Below, one piece after another: positions 8,925 through 19,718 of a stretch of DNA of 32,000 bases. The stretch spans positions 1,170,001-1,202,000 of the forward strand of contig NZ_AP024987.1 in NCBI RefSeq assembly GCF_020885515.1, read 5' to 3'. Positions within the stretch are counted from its first letter, which is position 1. Each line of letters begins with the position of its first letter. Position numbers and translations under genes: made by a program. A model generated the notes under the pieces. That model had not been told where the DNA came from and made no database searches. It was given only the letters and a program-made list of their open reading frames with translations. This DNA is from a cyanobacterium endosymbiont of Braarudosphaera bigelowii (GTDB lineage: Bacteria; Cyanobacteriota; Cyanobacteriia; Cyanobacteriales; Microcystaceae).

Positions 8925-10487
8925 TTACCATTCATCTTTATCTAATTTTTTTTTATTTATTTGTTTTAAATTATCTGTTAAAGGATTCACAATTTTGAAA
9001 ATAGCATCTTCTATAAAAGTTTTAAGAAACACATCTTGTCTATTCAATTGAAAATTTCGTTGTACTACTTCTTCAATGCCTCCTTGACCCCAGCTTTGAT
9101 TATGATAAAAATATTCAATAAAACTTTGTCCTGCAATACGTGTTAGATAGGCTACTGTTAAGCCTTGCAAAACTTTTCCTACGAGATAACTCGATATATT
9201 TAGTTGTAATATTCTTCCTAAAATTTCAACAGCTCCTTTCGTTATTTGTAAACCTATTAAAGTTTTTCCTAAAGATAACGCTAGTTCTTTCCCTTCATCA
9301 CTACTTAACTTATATTCATAAACTTGTCCAATTTCGACTATCATCTGTGTATTAACTGCTGCCGTTGCTAACATGTCAAAAAAAGGTAATGGATTAACAA
9401 TCACAATACCTGCTGTCATCCATTGATATTGATTAATTATCTTGTTACTTTGTTTATTTCTTTGTTTATTAATAATCTGAGACATTTCCTCCCCTAAACG
9501 TTGAGATTTTATAAGAATGTTTTTGGTAATTAATTCTTGTCCTTCTGTTTGGATAATCATGACAATCTTTTTAGTTAAGATATTAATGTCAGCTGATAAA
9601 TTTACTTTTTGCCTTGCCTTTAACTGTCTATTTTGAGGGTTTGCAGCTGTTAAGATTATATCTTCTATAAAAGTAAATTCTTTTATTTTATTTCTTAAGC
9701 TATTTAAAATTTTGATTTTATCTTTTTTAGAGTAAAGATCTGTTTTGTTAAAAATTAATAAAACTTTTTTACCAAAACTATTAATGAATTTTAAAAATTG
9801 ATATTCAGATTCAGATAAATCATTATCTACGACAAATAGTAGTAAATCTGACTGTATAGATAACTGTTTTGCCAACATTTCTCTTTTTTCCCCTCCAGAT
9901 CCCATTTCTAGAATACCTGGAGTATCCGTAATCAAAATTTTATTAGATAACTCTTCTAATTTAATGCGATAACTTATTCCAATTTTAGTTGTTCCCATAG
10001 AAGAATTTACTTGACCTATTACTTCACCAACTAAAGAATTTACAAGAGATGTTTTGCCTGCAGAACCTTTGCCAAAAATAATAATTTTAAATTCTTGTCT
10101 ATCTAAATCATTTTTAATTTCTTTAGAACGCTTTAGCAGAGATTGTTTTGCAACTTTGTCTTTAATACTTTTTACTTGGTTGAGAACAATTCTTACATCT
10201 TCTAAAGAATTTTGTTTTCTATTTTTAAATTTAGGCAAATGGTTAATTTTATGCTTGAAATTAGATTTTCTAAAGAAGAGTTTATTGTAGTAGTGTACTA
10301 AGGCATAAATCAGAAATCCTGATATTCCTGTTATTAGAAATATTAGAATATTAGCTAGTAGCGGAGCAGTAAAAGAAATTTGTATGTAAAGTTGGTAAAT
10401 AGAATTGACCAGCCAGATAATTAATCCAAGAATTAAACTTAACCCAAAAATTAAGATAATTAAACGATGAAAAGGCATAAGGAGCAT
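8925..10487 (-). CDS. Membrane-anchored GTP-binding protein with DUF697/YcjF-like C-terminal domain
   Basis: 520 aa. The N-terminus has hydrophobic helices. GTPase motifs are present: G1 GKGSAGKTS, G3 DTPG and G4 NKTD. The C-terminal hydrophobic region resembles DUF697. Function is unknown. Confidence 0.7.
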   Translation of the reverse strand: MLLMPFHRLIILIFGLSLILGLIIWLVNSIYQLYIQISFTAPLLANILIFLITGISGFLIYALVHYYNKLFFRKSNFKHKINHLPKFKNRKQNSLEDVRIVLNQVKSIKDKVAKQSLLKRSKEIKNDLDRQEFKIIIFGKGSAGKTSLVNSLVGEVIGQVNSSMGTTKIGISYRIKLEELSNKILITDTPGILEMGSGGEKREMLAKQLSIQSDLLLFVVDNDLSESEYQFLKFINSFGKKVLLIFNKTDLYSKKDKIKILNSLRNKIKEFTFIEDIILTAANPQNRQLKARQKVNLSADINILTKKIVMIIQTEGQELITKNILIKSQRLGEEMSQIINKQRNKQSNKIINQYQWMTAGIVIVNPLPFFDMLATAAVNTQMIVEIGQVYEYKLSSDEGKELALSLGKTLIGLQITKGAVEILGRILQLNISSYLVGKVLQGLTVAYLTRIAGQSFIEYFYHNQSWGQGGIEEVVQRNFQLNRQDVFLKTFIEDAIFKIVNPLTDNLKQINKKKLDKDEW

Positions 10488-10843
10488 ATTAGCTAGCTAG
10501 CAATAAAACAAACTAAATTATTAAAATAATTACCCTCCTGATTTTTCAGAGAAAGTAAATCACATAAAGCTAAATATAATTTAAGGTACATTACTAAATT
10601 ACATTTGAGGTCAAGGCTTGTTGGAGTATCAGAATAATATAATTCTTTCTAATATTTTAAGCTTAACTTAATCTTACCTTATGTAAATTAATTTTTAAAT
10701 TTATCGATACTGAACAATATTGAATTATGGATAACTATAATTTATAGTAGGGTTTCAATTCTATTTAATAAATAATAAATTTATAAAAATTAAAACCATT
10801 AAAGCATATAAAATTCCACTATAAATATTACGATTCTATATGT

Positions 10844-10882
10844 TTACTTTGAAAATAATTTAAATAATTATTTTCAAAGTAA
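10844..10882. repeat. Perfect 17-bp inverted repeat hairpin in the divergent GTPase/argC spacer
   Basis: ttactttgaaaataatt (10844-10860) is the exact reverse complement of aattattttcaaagtaa (10866-10882), with a 5-nt loop taaat. No annotated gene ends near it. Confidence 0.6.
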
Positions 10883-11176
10883 TTTGTATTTATTATTAAC
10901 TTTAATTTAATGAATCACATAGTTAAGTTACAAAGTAACACTATAGATTCATCACGAAAGCTGCACTATTACGTCAACTATTAAACTATATCGATTCCTA
11001 TCTTCTCATATACTAATTGTATGTATTTAATTTTTGTTTATAAATATCAATATAATTAGATAGATTTTTTATTAATTAAGTTAATTTTATAGGAACTGCT
11101 GATTAAAAATCATATTTGAGGGCTACAATTCGACTAATATTCAAAATTAGTTAGAAAATATAGAAATTTTATAAAT

Positions 11177-12235
11177 ATGGCTCAATTAAAACGAACAACA
11201 GTTGGAATTGTTGGTGTTTCTGGATATGGAGGAATACAGCTAGTTAAGCTTTTACAAGAACATCCTTTAGTTGAAATTGTCTATTTAGGTGGAAAAGAAA
11301 GTACTGGAAAATTTTATGCTGAAGTATATCCGCATTTAGGACACGAAATTGATTTAGTTATAGAACCTATTGATATTGATTTAATTGTTTCTCGTTGCGA
11401 AGTAGTTTTTTTAGGTTTACCTAATGGCTATACTTGTGACCTTGCTCCTAAGCTACTTTCTAAAGGTTGTAAAGTTTTTGATTTATCAGCAGATTACCGG
11501 TTTAAAAATTTACAGGTTTATAGTTATTGGTACAATAAAAAACGTAATGACATAGAAACTGCAAATTCTGCTGTTTATGGTCTTCCAGAACTATATCGTA
11601 CTGATATACAGTCAACTTCACTAATTGGATGTCCTGGATGTTATCCTACAGCTAGTCTGCTAGCTTTATCACCTCTCCTAAAACAAGGTTTAATACTTCC
11701 AGAAACCATCATTATTGATGCAAAGTCAGGAACTTCTGGGGGAGGTAGACAAGCTAAGATGAACTTATTGTTAGCTGAGGCAGAAGGATCACTTGGCACA
11801 TACAATGTGGTTAGACATCGCCATACACCAGAAATAGAACAAATTTGCTGTGATTTGACTGGTCATGAGGTCAAAGTTCAATTTACTCCCTACTTAGTAC
11901 CTATGGTTAGAGGAATACTGTCGACTGTTTATGCAAGTCTTAGGGATCCAGGATTAGTACGTGATGACTTACTAACTATTTACAAAGCTTTTTATCGCTT
12001 TTGTCCTTTCATTAGGATACTACCTAAAGGAGTTTACCCTCAAACAAAATGGGCCTGTGGAACAAATCTTTGTTACATTGGGATCGAAACCGATTCACGT
12101 ACGGATCGAGTAATTGTTTTCTCTGCAATTGATAACCTTATTAAAGGACAGGCTGGACAAGCAATACAATGTCTCAACATTATGATGGGATGGGAAGAAA
12201 CACTTGGCTTACCTCAATTATGCTTCTACCCCTAA
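11177..12235 (+). CDS. argC: N-acetyl-gamma-glutamyl-phosphate reductase
   Basis: 352 aa. VGVSGYGG (NADP-binding), the active-site GCPGCYPTA, and the C-terminal [16 protein letters not shown] are diagnostic of ArgC. Confidence 0.95.
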   Translation: MAQLKRTTVGIVGVSGYGGIQLVKLLQEHPLVEIVYLGGKESTGKFYAEVYPHLGHEIDLVIEPIDIDLIVSRCEVVFLGLPNGYTCDLAPKLLSKGCKVFDLSADYRFKNLQVYSYWYNKKRNDIETANSAVYGLPELYRTDIQSTSLIGCPGCYPTASLLALSPLLKQGLILPETIIIDAKSGTSGGGRQAKMNLLLAEAEGSLGTYNVVRHRHTPEIEQICCDLTGHEVKVQFTPYLVPMVRGILSTVYASLRDPGLVRDDLLTIYKAFYRFCPFIRILPKGVYPQTKWACGTNLCYIGIETDSRTDRVIVFSAIDNLIKGQAGQAIQCLNIMMGWEETLGLPQLCFYP

Positions 12236-12454
12236 GATAGATTGGAGCAGTAAAAATTGAGGATGTATTTTTATAGGAAACTAGCTAATTTTATACAACT
12301 GAAAACGTATATAAAATTTAACTGTGTATCTTAATTTTGATAAAACTTTTGAAATATACAACTTTATTTTGCCTTAAATTATTTTACTAATTGTATAGTA
12401 GAGGAAAGCTCTTCCTACTACATACTATTAGTATGATTTGTTTCGAAGTCTTTT

Positions 12455-13849
12455 TTACAAAGGAATTAAAGATTTAGGATAATGTTTCTCCCAATCTAAA
12501 CCTACAATAATTGTAATATCAGAAGCTAAGTTACCTGTACTTTCCACAAGAACTTCGCCTATTCCTAAATCTATTCTTAACGCTGCTGCTCCTACACTGT
12601 CTCCATTTTGCGCTATGATACGAGTCTTATTAAGATTTTCTGGCCATTCATGACTAACAAAGGTACGTTGATATCCAGCATTCTTTAAAAAATCAGCTAC
12701 TTGTTGTGCTGACTTGGGATTTTCAGTACTGTTCTGTACTGCTATTCTAAGACTGTTTGGGGTTGTTTCTCTAGCATTTAAGTTAAGCGAACCATAGTCA
12801 AAATATGTTGCAATCATACTCTTAATTTGACTATGATCTGGTAACCAATAACTTACTTCATGTTTACCATTTCCATTAAAATTACCAGGAAGCATTAACA
12901 TTTGTACATTAGACCGTTGTATTTGAGAAGCAAATCCTGATAAGGCTACTAGTTCTTCAACTGTTAAGTTAGTATCGATATAAGAATTAATAATTGATAA
13001 TATTTCAGGTATTCTTAATAAATTTTTAGGCTTTAAAGCTTGTTCAACTAAAGCTCTCATAAACATTTGTTGACGTTGTACCCTACCGATATCACCATAA
13101 CGGTCATAACGAAAACGTAAAAAGGAAACCGCTTTTTGCCCATCTATATGTTGTTCACCTTCTTTAATATTAATGTAAAGATGTTGGCTATGATCGGTAT
13201 ATTTCATATTTTTAGGAACGTAAATGTTCACTCCTCCTAACGCATCAATTACTTTTTCAACTCCCTGGATATTAAATCTAACATAGCGGTTTATTGGGAC
13301 TCCACCTAACAGGTTACTAATAGTTTCCGCAGCCAAAGAGGGTCCACCATAATAGTTAGCCTCATTTATCTTTCTTATTTCATGTCTAATAATTGCTTGA
13401 GTATCTCTAGGAATAGATAAAATACTTAATTTTTTAGTTATGGGATCAAATCTAGCAAGGACCACAGTATCAGATAAACCTTTGAAAGAATTGACTAAAG
13501 CGTGATGTCCTAATTTTTTTCTTTGTTTATTGTCATTTATCTCAGATGTTAAAACTTTAGTACCTAAGATAAGTACATTAACAGGGCGACTTAATTTTGG
13601 AAGACGTAAGTTAGTATAAGAAATAGCTTCATTTTGACTAAAAACCTTTTCCTGATTCTTAGTCAAAGAACTTCTTTGCAAGGGTGTTGATGACAAAGAG
13701 ATAGCAACTAGTACTCCAATACTAGCTGATATGATACTAATCATTATCAGTCCTAAACGCATAAATGACCAGTTGGTATTTTCTCCTTTTTTTTTAATAG
13801 AAGATTTCTGATGAGATAAATTGTTAGGATTACTTTTCTTAAATGACAC
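12455..13849 (-). CDS. LytR-CpsA-Psr (LCP) family cell-envelope phosphotransferase with LytR_C-type C-terminal domain
   Basis: 464 aa. It has a basic N-terminus and a single TM helix (LGLIMISIISASIGVLVAISL). The LCP core includes ARFDPITKKLSILSIPRDT and FLRFRYDRYGDIGRVQRQQ. The C-terminus (RIAVQNSTENPKSAQQVADFLKNAGY) resembles the LytR_C domain. Confidence 0.85.
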   Translation of the reverse strand: MSFKKSNPNNLSHQKSSIKKKGENTNWSFMRLGLIMISIISASIGVLVAISLSSTPLQRSSLTKNQEKVFSQNEAISYTNLRLPKLSRPVNVLILGTKVLTSEINDNKQRKKLGHHALVNSFKGLSDTVVLARFDPITKKLSILSIPRDTQAIIRHEIRKINEANYYGGPSLAAETISNLLGGVPINRYVRFNIQGVEKVIDALGGVNIYVPKNMKYTDHSQHLYINIKEGEQHIDGQKAVSFLRFRYDRYGDIGRVQRQQMFMRALVEQALKPKNLLRIPEILSIINSYIDTNLTVEELVALSGFASQIQRSNVQMLMLPGNFNGNGKHEVSYWLPDHSQIKSMIATYFDYGSLNLNARETTPNSLRIAVQNSTENPKSAQQVADFLKNAGYQRTFVSHEWPENLNKTRIIAQNGDSVGAAALRIDLGIGEVLVESTGNLASDITIIVGLDWEKHYPKSLIPL

Positions 13850-14495
13850 AGCTTTCTTTACACCTTAAATATCGTCTGAATATATTTCAAAACTTGCTTT
13901 TAAACAAAATTTTAACTGTTTTATGAATTATGATAACTTCTAAGACTAGAATGATAACCTTTCATAACAATCATTTTAAAAACTAAAAAAAAATCAAACT
14001 TCTTGTGAATTATTTTTTGCCCAATTTGAAATTTAAAGATAATTTAACTTTAACTTAGATAGATCAAAAGTAAATACATACTACTAATTCTAATTAAGCT
14101 AAATATTTATTCATATCGAATATCTCTAAGCTATAAACGAGAATTAACCAATCTATATTCTAGAAATAATTATTAAATAGTAATATATTTTTTGGCGTAG
14201 TTCTATTTAACTTGATAGATAGAACAGTAGCACTAAAAATTATATAAATATTGACTATTATTTTAAAAACAACTATCTTACTAAGTTATGATTAATAAAG
14301 ATTCTATTTATATAAAAATAAAATTTATACCTTAAGTTAACTATTATAATTTTGCTAGCTTCATAGTATCATTCTAATTAATTTTTTTTTAGCTATTAAA
14401 AATATAATGTTTTTCCACTATTAGCTAATAACAGTAAAATTAATTGTAAATATTCAGACAGTACCTTTTAACGAGAAACTAAATAATCAAATAAA

Positions 14496-14556
14496 ATTAT
14501 ATTTATTAGGTAAAACCCTCTAATGTTTTTAGAGGGTTTTACCTAATAAATATAAT
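14496..14556 (-). terminator. Perfect 26-bp inverted repeat hairpin immediately downstream of tkt
   Basis: attatatttattaggtaaaaccctct (14496-14521) is the exact reverse complement of agagggttttacctaataaatataat (14531-14556), with a 9-nt loop. It begins 11 nt after the tkt stop codon (14568-14570, minus strand). The core aaaccctct/agagggttt carries the only G/C pairs. Confidence 0.65.
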
Positions 14557-14567
14557 AGATCTATAAA

Positions 14568-16580
14568 TTATCCTAAAAGTATTTTGGCTTTGGCAATAAC
14601 ATTTTCAACGGTAAAACCAAATTTTTCCATGCATACTTTACCAGGAGCAGAAGCACCGAAAGAATCAATACTAACAGAATCTCCTTCAAGACCTACATAT
14701 TTTGCCCATCCTAAACTAGTTCCTGCCTCAACAGATAATCTTTTTGTTACGGCTTTAGGCAATACAGATTCTTTATAAGCTGCACTTTGTGCTTCGAATT
14801 GTTCCCAACAAGGCATAGAAACTACTCGCACTTTCTTACCCGTATTTGACAGTTGTTCGGCGGCAGATACACATAAGCTCACTTCAGAGCCTGTTCCTAT
14901 AAGAATAATGTCAGGCTCTCCATTGCAGTCAAGTATAGTGTAAGCTCCTTTATAAACTCCTTCTATGGAGGTTCCAGGTAAGTTAGGTACATTTTGGCGG
15001 GTAAATACTAACAAAGTGGGTAAATTACTCTGTGCATTTTCAATAGCAATTTTATAAGCTCCAGAACACTCATTTCCATCTGCAGGTCTTATGACTGTTA
15101 AATCTGGAATGGCACGAAGAGAAATTACAGTTTCTATTGGTTGATGAGTAGGTCCGTCTTCTCCTTGTCCGATAGAATCATGAGTTGTTACCCAAATTAC
15201 TCCTGCTTTAGATAATGCAGATAATCTAATAGAAGCCCTTACATAGTCAGTAAAAATTAAAAATGTGGCGCAATAGGGAATTAAACCAGAATTATGAAGT
15301 GCTATTCCATTACAGATAGCCCCCATAGCATGTTCTCTTACACCAAAATGAACATTACGATTCTCATAATGTCCTTTCTGAAAATCGCCAGAATCTTTAA
15401 GTTCTGTTAAATTAGAATGAGTTAAATCTGCTGACCCCCCTATTAATTCAGGTAAGACAGGAGATAAATAATTCAATATGTTAGCAGAATGTTTACGAGT
15501 GGATATCCCAGTGTCTTCCGGTGTGAAACTTGGAAGTACTTTAGCCCAATCTTGAGGAATTTGACCATCCACATAGCGTTCAAACTCAGAAGCTTCTGAA
15601 GGATATTTTACTTTGTAATCATTAAGAGTAAGATTCCACTTTGATTCGTAATCTGCACCTCTTTTAACAGATTTACTCATATGAGTGAGAACATCTTCAG
15701 GTATAACGAAAGGCTCGTACTCCCATCCTAAATTTTTTCGAGTGAGATTAATCTCTTCTGTGCCTAGAGCAGCTCCATGAATTCCCGCAGTGTTTTGTCT
15801 GTTAGGAGAACCATAGCCAATGGTAGTTGTCACCTTTATCATTGTAGGTTTATCAGTGACTTGTTTAGCTTTCTCAATAGCTTCAGCGATAGCTACTAAA
15901 TCAGTATTACCATTTTCTACATGTAGAACATGCCATCCATAAGCTTCAAACCGTTTGGATACATCTTCTGTGAATGCTACATCAGTAGAGCCATCAATAG
16001 AAATATGATTATCATCATAAAGAGCAATCAATTTTCCCAACCCCCAATGTCCAGCGATAGAGCAAGCTTCGCTAGCTATTCCTTCCATATTACAACCATC
16101 GCCTAATAAAACATAGGTATAATGATCAACAATGGTGGCATCAGGTTTATTAAACTTAGCTGCTAAATGAGCTTCTGCAAGAGCCAATCCAACACCATTA
16201 GCTATTCCTTGTCCTAGAGGACCAGTAGTTACTTCAACACCTTCAGTTTCAAAATTTTCAGGGTGTCCAGGAGTTTTTGATCCCCACTGACGAAATTGCT
16301 TAATATCATCAATGGTCACACTATCATAGCCAGTTAAACAAAGCAAAGCATAGTGCAACATGCTGCCATGTCCAGCAGAGAGAACAAAACGATCACGATT
16401 AAACCATTTAGGATTTTTAGGATTAAACCGCAAAAATTTATCCCATAAGACAAATGCCATTGGAGCTGCGCCCATTGGTAGTCCTGGGTGACCTGATTTT
16501 GCTTTTTCAACAGCATCAACAGCTAAAAAACGGATAGAGTTAATGCAAAGTTCTTCGAGCGACCGGGTAGCAGCGATCAT
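14568..16580 (-). CDS. tkt: Transketolase
   Basis: 670 aa. It carries the ThDP motif [13 protein letters not shown], the transketolase signature [18 protein letters not shown], and the N-terminal [12 protein letters not shown]. Confidence 0.97.
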   Translation of the reverse strand: MIAATRSLEELCINSIRFLAVDAVEKAKSGHPGLPMGAAPMAFVLWDKFLRFNPKNPKWFNRDRFVLSAGHGSMLHYALLCLTGYDSVTIDDIKQFRQWGSKTPGHPENFETEGVEVTTGPLGQGIANGVGLALAEAHLAAKFNKPDATIVDHYTYVLLGDGCNMEGIASEACSIAGHWGLGKLIALYDDNHISIDGSTDVAFTEDVSKRFEAYGWHVLHVENGNTDLVAIAEAIEKAKQVTDKPTMIKVTTTIGYGSPNRQNTAGIHGAALGTEEINLTRKNLGWEYEPFVIPEDVLTHMSKSVKRGADYESKWNLTLNDYKVKYPSEASEFERYVDGQIPQDWAKVLPSFTPEDTGISTRKHSANILNYLSPVLPELIGGSADLTHSNLTELKDSGDFQKGHYENRNVHFGVREHAMGAICNGIALHNSGLIPYCATFLIFTDYVRASIRLSALSKAGVIWVTTHDSIGQGEDGPTHQPIETVISLRAIPDLTVIRPADGNECSGAYKIAIENAQSNLPTLLVFTRQNVPNLPGTSIEGVYKGAYTILDCNGEPDIILIGTGSEVSLCVSAAEQLSNTGKKVRVVSMPCWEQFEAQSAAYKESVLPKAVTKRLSVEAGTSLGWAKYVGLEGDSVSIDSFGASAPGKVCMEKFGFTVENVIAKAKILLG

Positions 16581-17455
16581 AATTTTTTCTAGTAATGAAC
16601 TACAGTAAAATAACGATTCGGTATGGAGTAGAAAACTTACCAGTTGTCAATTACCCCAGATTTTGTCTTTATCATCCCACTCTAATGTAACGATGGGAAG
16701 ATGTGAAATCAAAATTTTATTGAAATATTTATATTTTCTTTAAGATGAATAAGTTATCAACCATTTTGTTTTTAAAGATTACTAAAATTAAATATCATTT
16801 TCTAATAAGATATATTCTGCAAATAAATAATACTTGGTATATATCGTAATTGTTTCAGAGAAAATATCTTTAAGCAGGAAGTTATTACTATTTCTAAATC
16901 TATATTGTTGCGTATTTATTATAAAAAGATACTATTGGATAGCTACATATTAACCTATTTTCGTGGTATTCTTGGTTTTTATCTAAAAAAACTTAAATAC
17001 AAAATCTAGAAAGTTTTAGGATTTACCAACTTTAAACCTTCACTATACACTCTTTAATTATGCATTTATTAAATATAGCAAATTGAATATTTCACACTTA
17101 ATTTACTTCTAGTTTATTAAAGTTAATTCATTTTTGATAAGATTAAGATATTACATATTATAGAACAGGTGTACGATTATGTTTCCATCCATCTAATTAT
17201 AAGCTCCTTAGTTACTTTTCCTGAAATTATATAATTAGGGCCATTGCATAATAATATTCGAACATATACTAGTATTGATATATCCTTAGATAAATGACTA
17301 AATTTTGAAGGGTTGCAAGCAATCTAAAGGTTACGTTAAATTTAATTAAGCTTAGAGTTATTTCTTGAGCATATTGTCGATACTGATCGCAACTTCTTGA
17401 CAAGAATACATACATCGCTAAATCAAGTCTTGATAACAACGAGAAACCTTAACTT

Positions 17456-19342
17456 ATGAAAATATCTTGGAGAACTCTATTACTCTGGACTTTACCACTT
17501 CTAATAGTTTGCTTTTTTATTTGGCAAGGTCAATTCCCTCCTGCCTCAGAGCAACTAGGAAATAGTACGGCCAACAAACGTATAACTTACGGGCGTTTTT
17601 TAGAATATTTAGACACGAATCGTGTTGTAGGTGTAGATCTTTATGAAGGTGGACGTACAGCTATTGTACAAATAGCAAATCCTGAATTAGAAGATCAAAT
17701 ACAACAATCACGAGTAGATTTACCAATATACTCTCCTGACTTAATAGCAAAAATACGTTCGTCTAATGTAAATATAGAATCCCATCCTATCCGTAATGAA
17801 GGAGCGTTATGGGGATTCTTAGGAAATTTGTTATTCCCTATTTTACTTATTGGATCTCTATTTTTTCTTTTTCGTCGTTCCAGTAATTTGCCAGGAGGAC
17901 CTGGGCAAGCAATGAGTTTTGGAAAATCCAAAGCTCGTTTTCAAATGGAAGCAAAAACAGGCATCATGTTCCATGATGTAGCTGGTATTGATGAAGCGAA
18001 AGAAGAGTTGCAAGAGGTTGTCACTTTCCTCAAAGAACCAGAACGTTTCACTGCTATAGGAGCAAAAATTCCTAAAGGAGTATTGTTAGTAGGCCCTCCA
18101 GGAACTGGAAAAACTCTTTTGGCTAAGGCTATTGCTGGAGAAGCAGGAGTCCCTTTCTTTAGTATTTCTGGCTCTGAATTTGTAGAAATGTTTGTAGGTG
18201 TTGGTGCTTCTCGTGTTCGTGATTTATTTAAAAAAGCCAAGGAAAGTGCTCCTTGTCTAATATTTATTGATGAAATAGATGCTGTTGGTCGTCAAAGAGG
18301 CGCTGGAATTGGCGGCGGAAACGATGAAAGAGAACAAACCCTTAATCAACTATTAACAGAAATGGATGGTTTCGAAGGTAATACAGGAATAATTATTATT
18401 GCTGCCACTAACCGTCCGGATGTTTTAGATTCTGCTTTAATGAGACCTGGACGTTTTGATAGACAAGTTATGGTTGATGCACCTGACTTTAAAGGTAGAG
18501 TTGAAATTCTAGAAGTTCATGCTCGTAATAAAAAATTAGCTCATGATGTTTCTCTTAAATCTGTTGCACGTAGGACTCCTGGCTTTAGTGGAGCGGATCT
18601 GGCTAATTTATTAAATGAAGCTGCAATCCTTACAGCTCGCCGCCGTAAAGAGGCTATAACAATCTTAGAAATAGATGATTCGATTGATCGTATTGTTGCT
18701 GGTATGGAGGGAACTCCATTAATTGATAGTAAGAGCAAGCGTCTAATTGCTTATCATGAAGTTGGTCATGCCATTGTTGGAACCTTGATTAAAGATCATG
18801 ATCCAGTACAAAAAGTTACCCTGATTCCTCGTGGTCAAGCACGTGGATTAACATGGTTTACTCCTAATGAAGAACAAGGGTTAATAACCAAGACACAATT
18901 AATAGCTCGTATAGCAGGTGCTCTAGGAGGACGAGCAGCTGAAGAAGAAGTCTTTGGCTATGACGAAGTTACGACTGGTGCTGGGAGTGATCTACAGCAG
19001 GTTTCGGATGTTGCTCGTCAGATGGTAACTCGTTTTGGAATGAGTGATTTAGGACCTTTATCACTAGAAAACTCTTCTAGTGAAGTTTTTCTGGGAGGAG
19101 GGTTAATGAATCGAGTTGAATATTCTGAGGAAGTTGCTATGAAAATTGATAATCAAGTACGTACCTTAGCAAAACAAAGTCATCAAATAGCTAAACAACT
19201 TATTAGAGATAATCGCGAGGTAATTGATCGTCTTGTAGAATTACTAATCGAGAAAGAGACCATTGATGGCGAAGAACTTCGACAAATTGTGGCTGAATAT
19301 ACATACATACCTGAAAAAGAACAATTCATATCACAGTTATAA
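17456..19342 (+). CDS. ftsH: ATP-dependent zinc metalloprotease FtsH
   Basis: 628 aa with two N-terminal TM segments. AAA features are Walker A GPPGTGKT, Walker B IIFIDEID and the SRH region. The zinc site HEVGHA is present. Confidence 0.97.
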   Translation: MKISWRTLLLWTLPLLIVCFFIWQGQFPPASEQLGNSTANKRITYGRFLEYLDTNRVVGVDLYEGGRTAIVQIANPELEDQIQQSRVDLPIYSPDLIAKIRSSNVNIESHPIRNEGALWGFLGNLLFPILLIGSLFFLFRRSSNLPGGPGQAMSFGKSKARFQMEAKTGIMFHDVAGIDEAKEELQEVVTFLKEPERFTAIGAKIPKGVLLVGPPGTGKTLLAKAIAGEAGVPFFSISGSEFVEMFVGVGASRVRDLFKKAKESAPCLIFIDEIDAVGRQRGAGIGGGNDEREQTLNQLLTEMDGFEGNTGIIIIAATNRPDVLDSALMRPGRFDRQVMVDAPDFKGRVEILEVHARNKKLAHDVSLKSVARRTPGFSGADLANLLNEAAILTARRRKEAITILEIDDSIDRIVAGMEGTPLIDSKSKRLIAYHEVGHAIVGTLIKDHDPVQKVTLIPRGQARGLTWFTPNEEQGLITKTQLIARIAGALGGRAAEEEVFGYDEVTTGAGSDLQQVSDVARQMVTRFGMSDLGPLSLENSSSEVFLGGGLMNRVEYSEEVAMKIDNQVRTLAKQSHQIAKQLIRDNREVIDRLVELLIEKETIDGEELRQIVAEYTYIPEKEQFISQL

Positions 19343-19375
19343 TTTAATTAAAAAATATTTACTATATGTAGTATG

Positions 19376-19397
19376 GACGCATAACTGCGTCTTTTTT
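19376..19397 (+). terminator. Canonical intrinsic terminator downstream of ftsH
   Basis: The stem gacgca (19376-19381) pairs with tgcgtc (19386-19391) around loop taac, and is directly followed by tttttt (19392-19397). It lies 34 nt after the ftsH stop. Confidence 0.7.
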
Positions 19398-19718
19398 ATT
19401 GATTTTTTTAATCTAAAGTATTTTAAATATACGAATAAGAACAAATAAGTCCATTCAGTTTGAACTTAATTTTAATAAATAATATTGTGAATATAAGTAT
19501 TCCCACAAAAAAATAAAAATAACTTTTTATCGATGAAGATTGTTAAAAAATACTTTTCTTTTATAAGTGTCAATAATTGTTTAGTCGAAAACTTATCTCA
19601 AAGTTAGATTGACATAATGATAAAATATAGGACTACTTGTTTTGATAAAAACTAATTTATTTAAAGCTTGATATGAAAAATTTAATGACTATATGCTAAA
19701 TATATCTAGTGTTCATTT

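Noticed and set aside
9140-10290. Two + strand ORFs (9140..9355 and 10054..10290) inside the GTPase gene
   Set aside because: Both are antisense to the 520-aa GTPase ORF. Their low-complexity Leu/Phe/Ser-rich translations are typical of AT-rich antisense frames.
10910-10984. 24-codon ORF (MNHIVKLQSNTIDSSRKLHYYVNY) just downstream of the 10844 hairpin
   Set aside because: It is unrecognisable, short and has no evident ribosome-binding site.
12396-12424. Imperfect GC-containing hairpin (aggaa/ttcct core, bulged extension) between convergent argC and the LCP gene, next to the palindrome catactattagtatg (12421-12435)
   Set aside because: It has only about 9 paired bases with a bulge and no U-tract. 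It is plausible as a terminator but too weak to call as a feature.
14584-16519. ORFs 14584..14778 (+) and 16334..16519 (-, alternate frame) within tkt
   Set aside because: Both are embedded in the transketolase gene, whose frame is supported end to end by conserved motifs.
17395-17430. Possible sigma70-type promoter for ftsH (ttgaca, 16-nt spacer, taaatc), and similar TTGACA occurrences at about 1465 and 19608
   Set aside because: The -10 candidates are poor or mis-spaced. In DNA that is 80% A+T, hexamer matches are uninformative without TSS data.
17695-18738. Three - strand ORFs (17695..17931, 17941..18240, 18541..18738) antisense to ftsH
   Set aside because: They are shadow ORFs created by the codon bias of the highly conserved AAA/protease domains, and they have no independent signals.
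19263-19448. 61-aa + strand ORF overlapping the ftsH 3' end and its terminator
   Set aside because: It is an alternate frame of ftsH that runs through the intrinsic terminator hairpin, and its translation is low-complexity.
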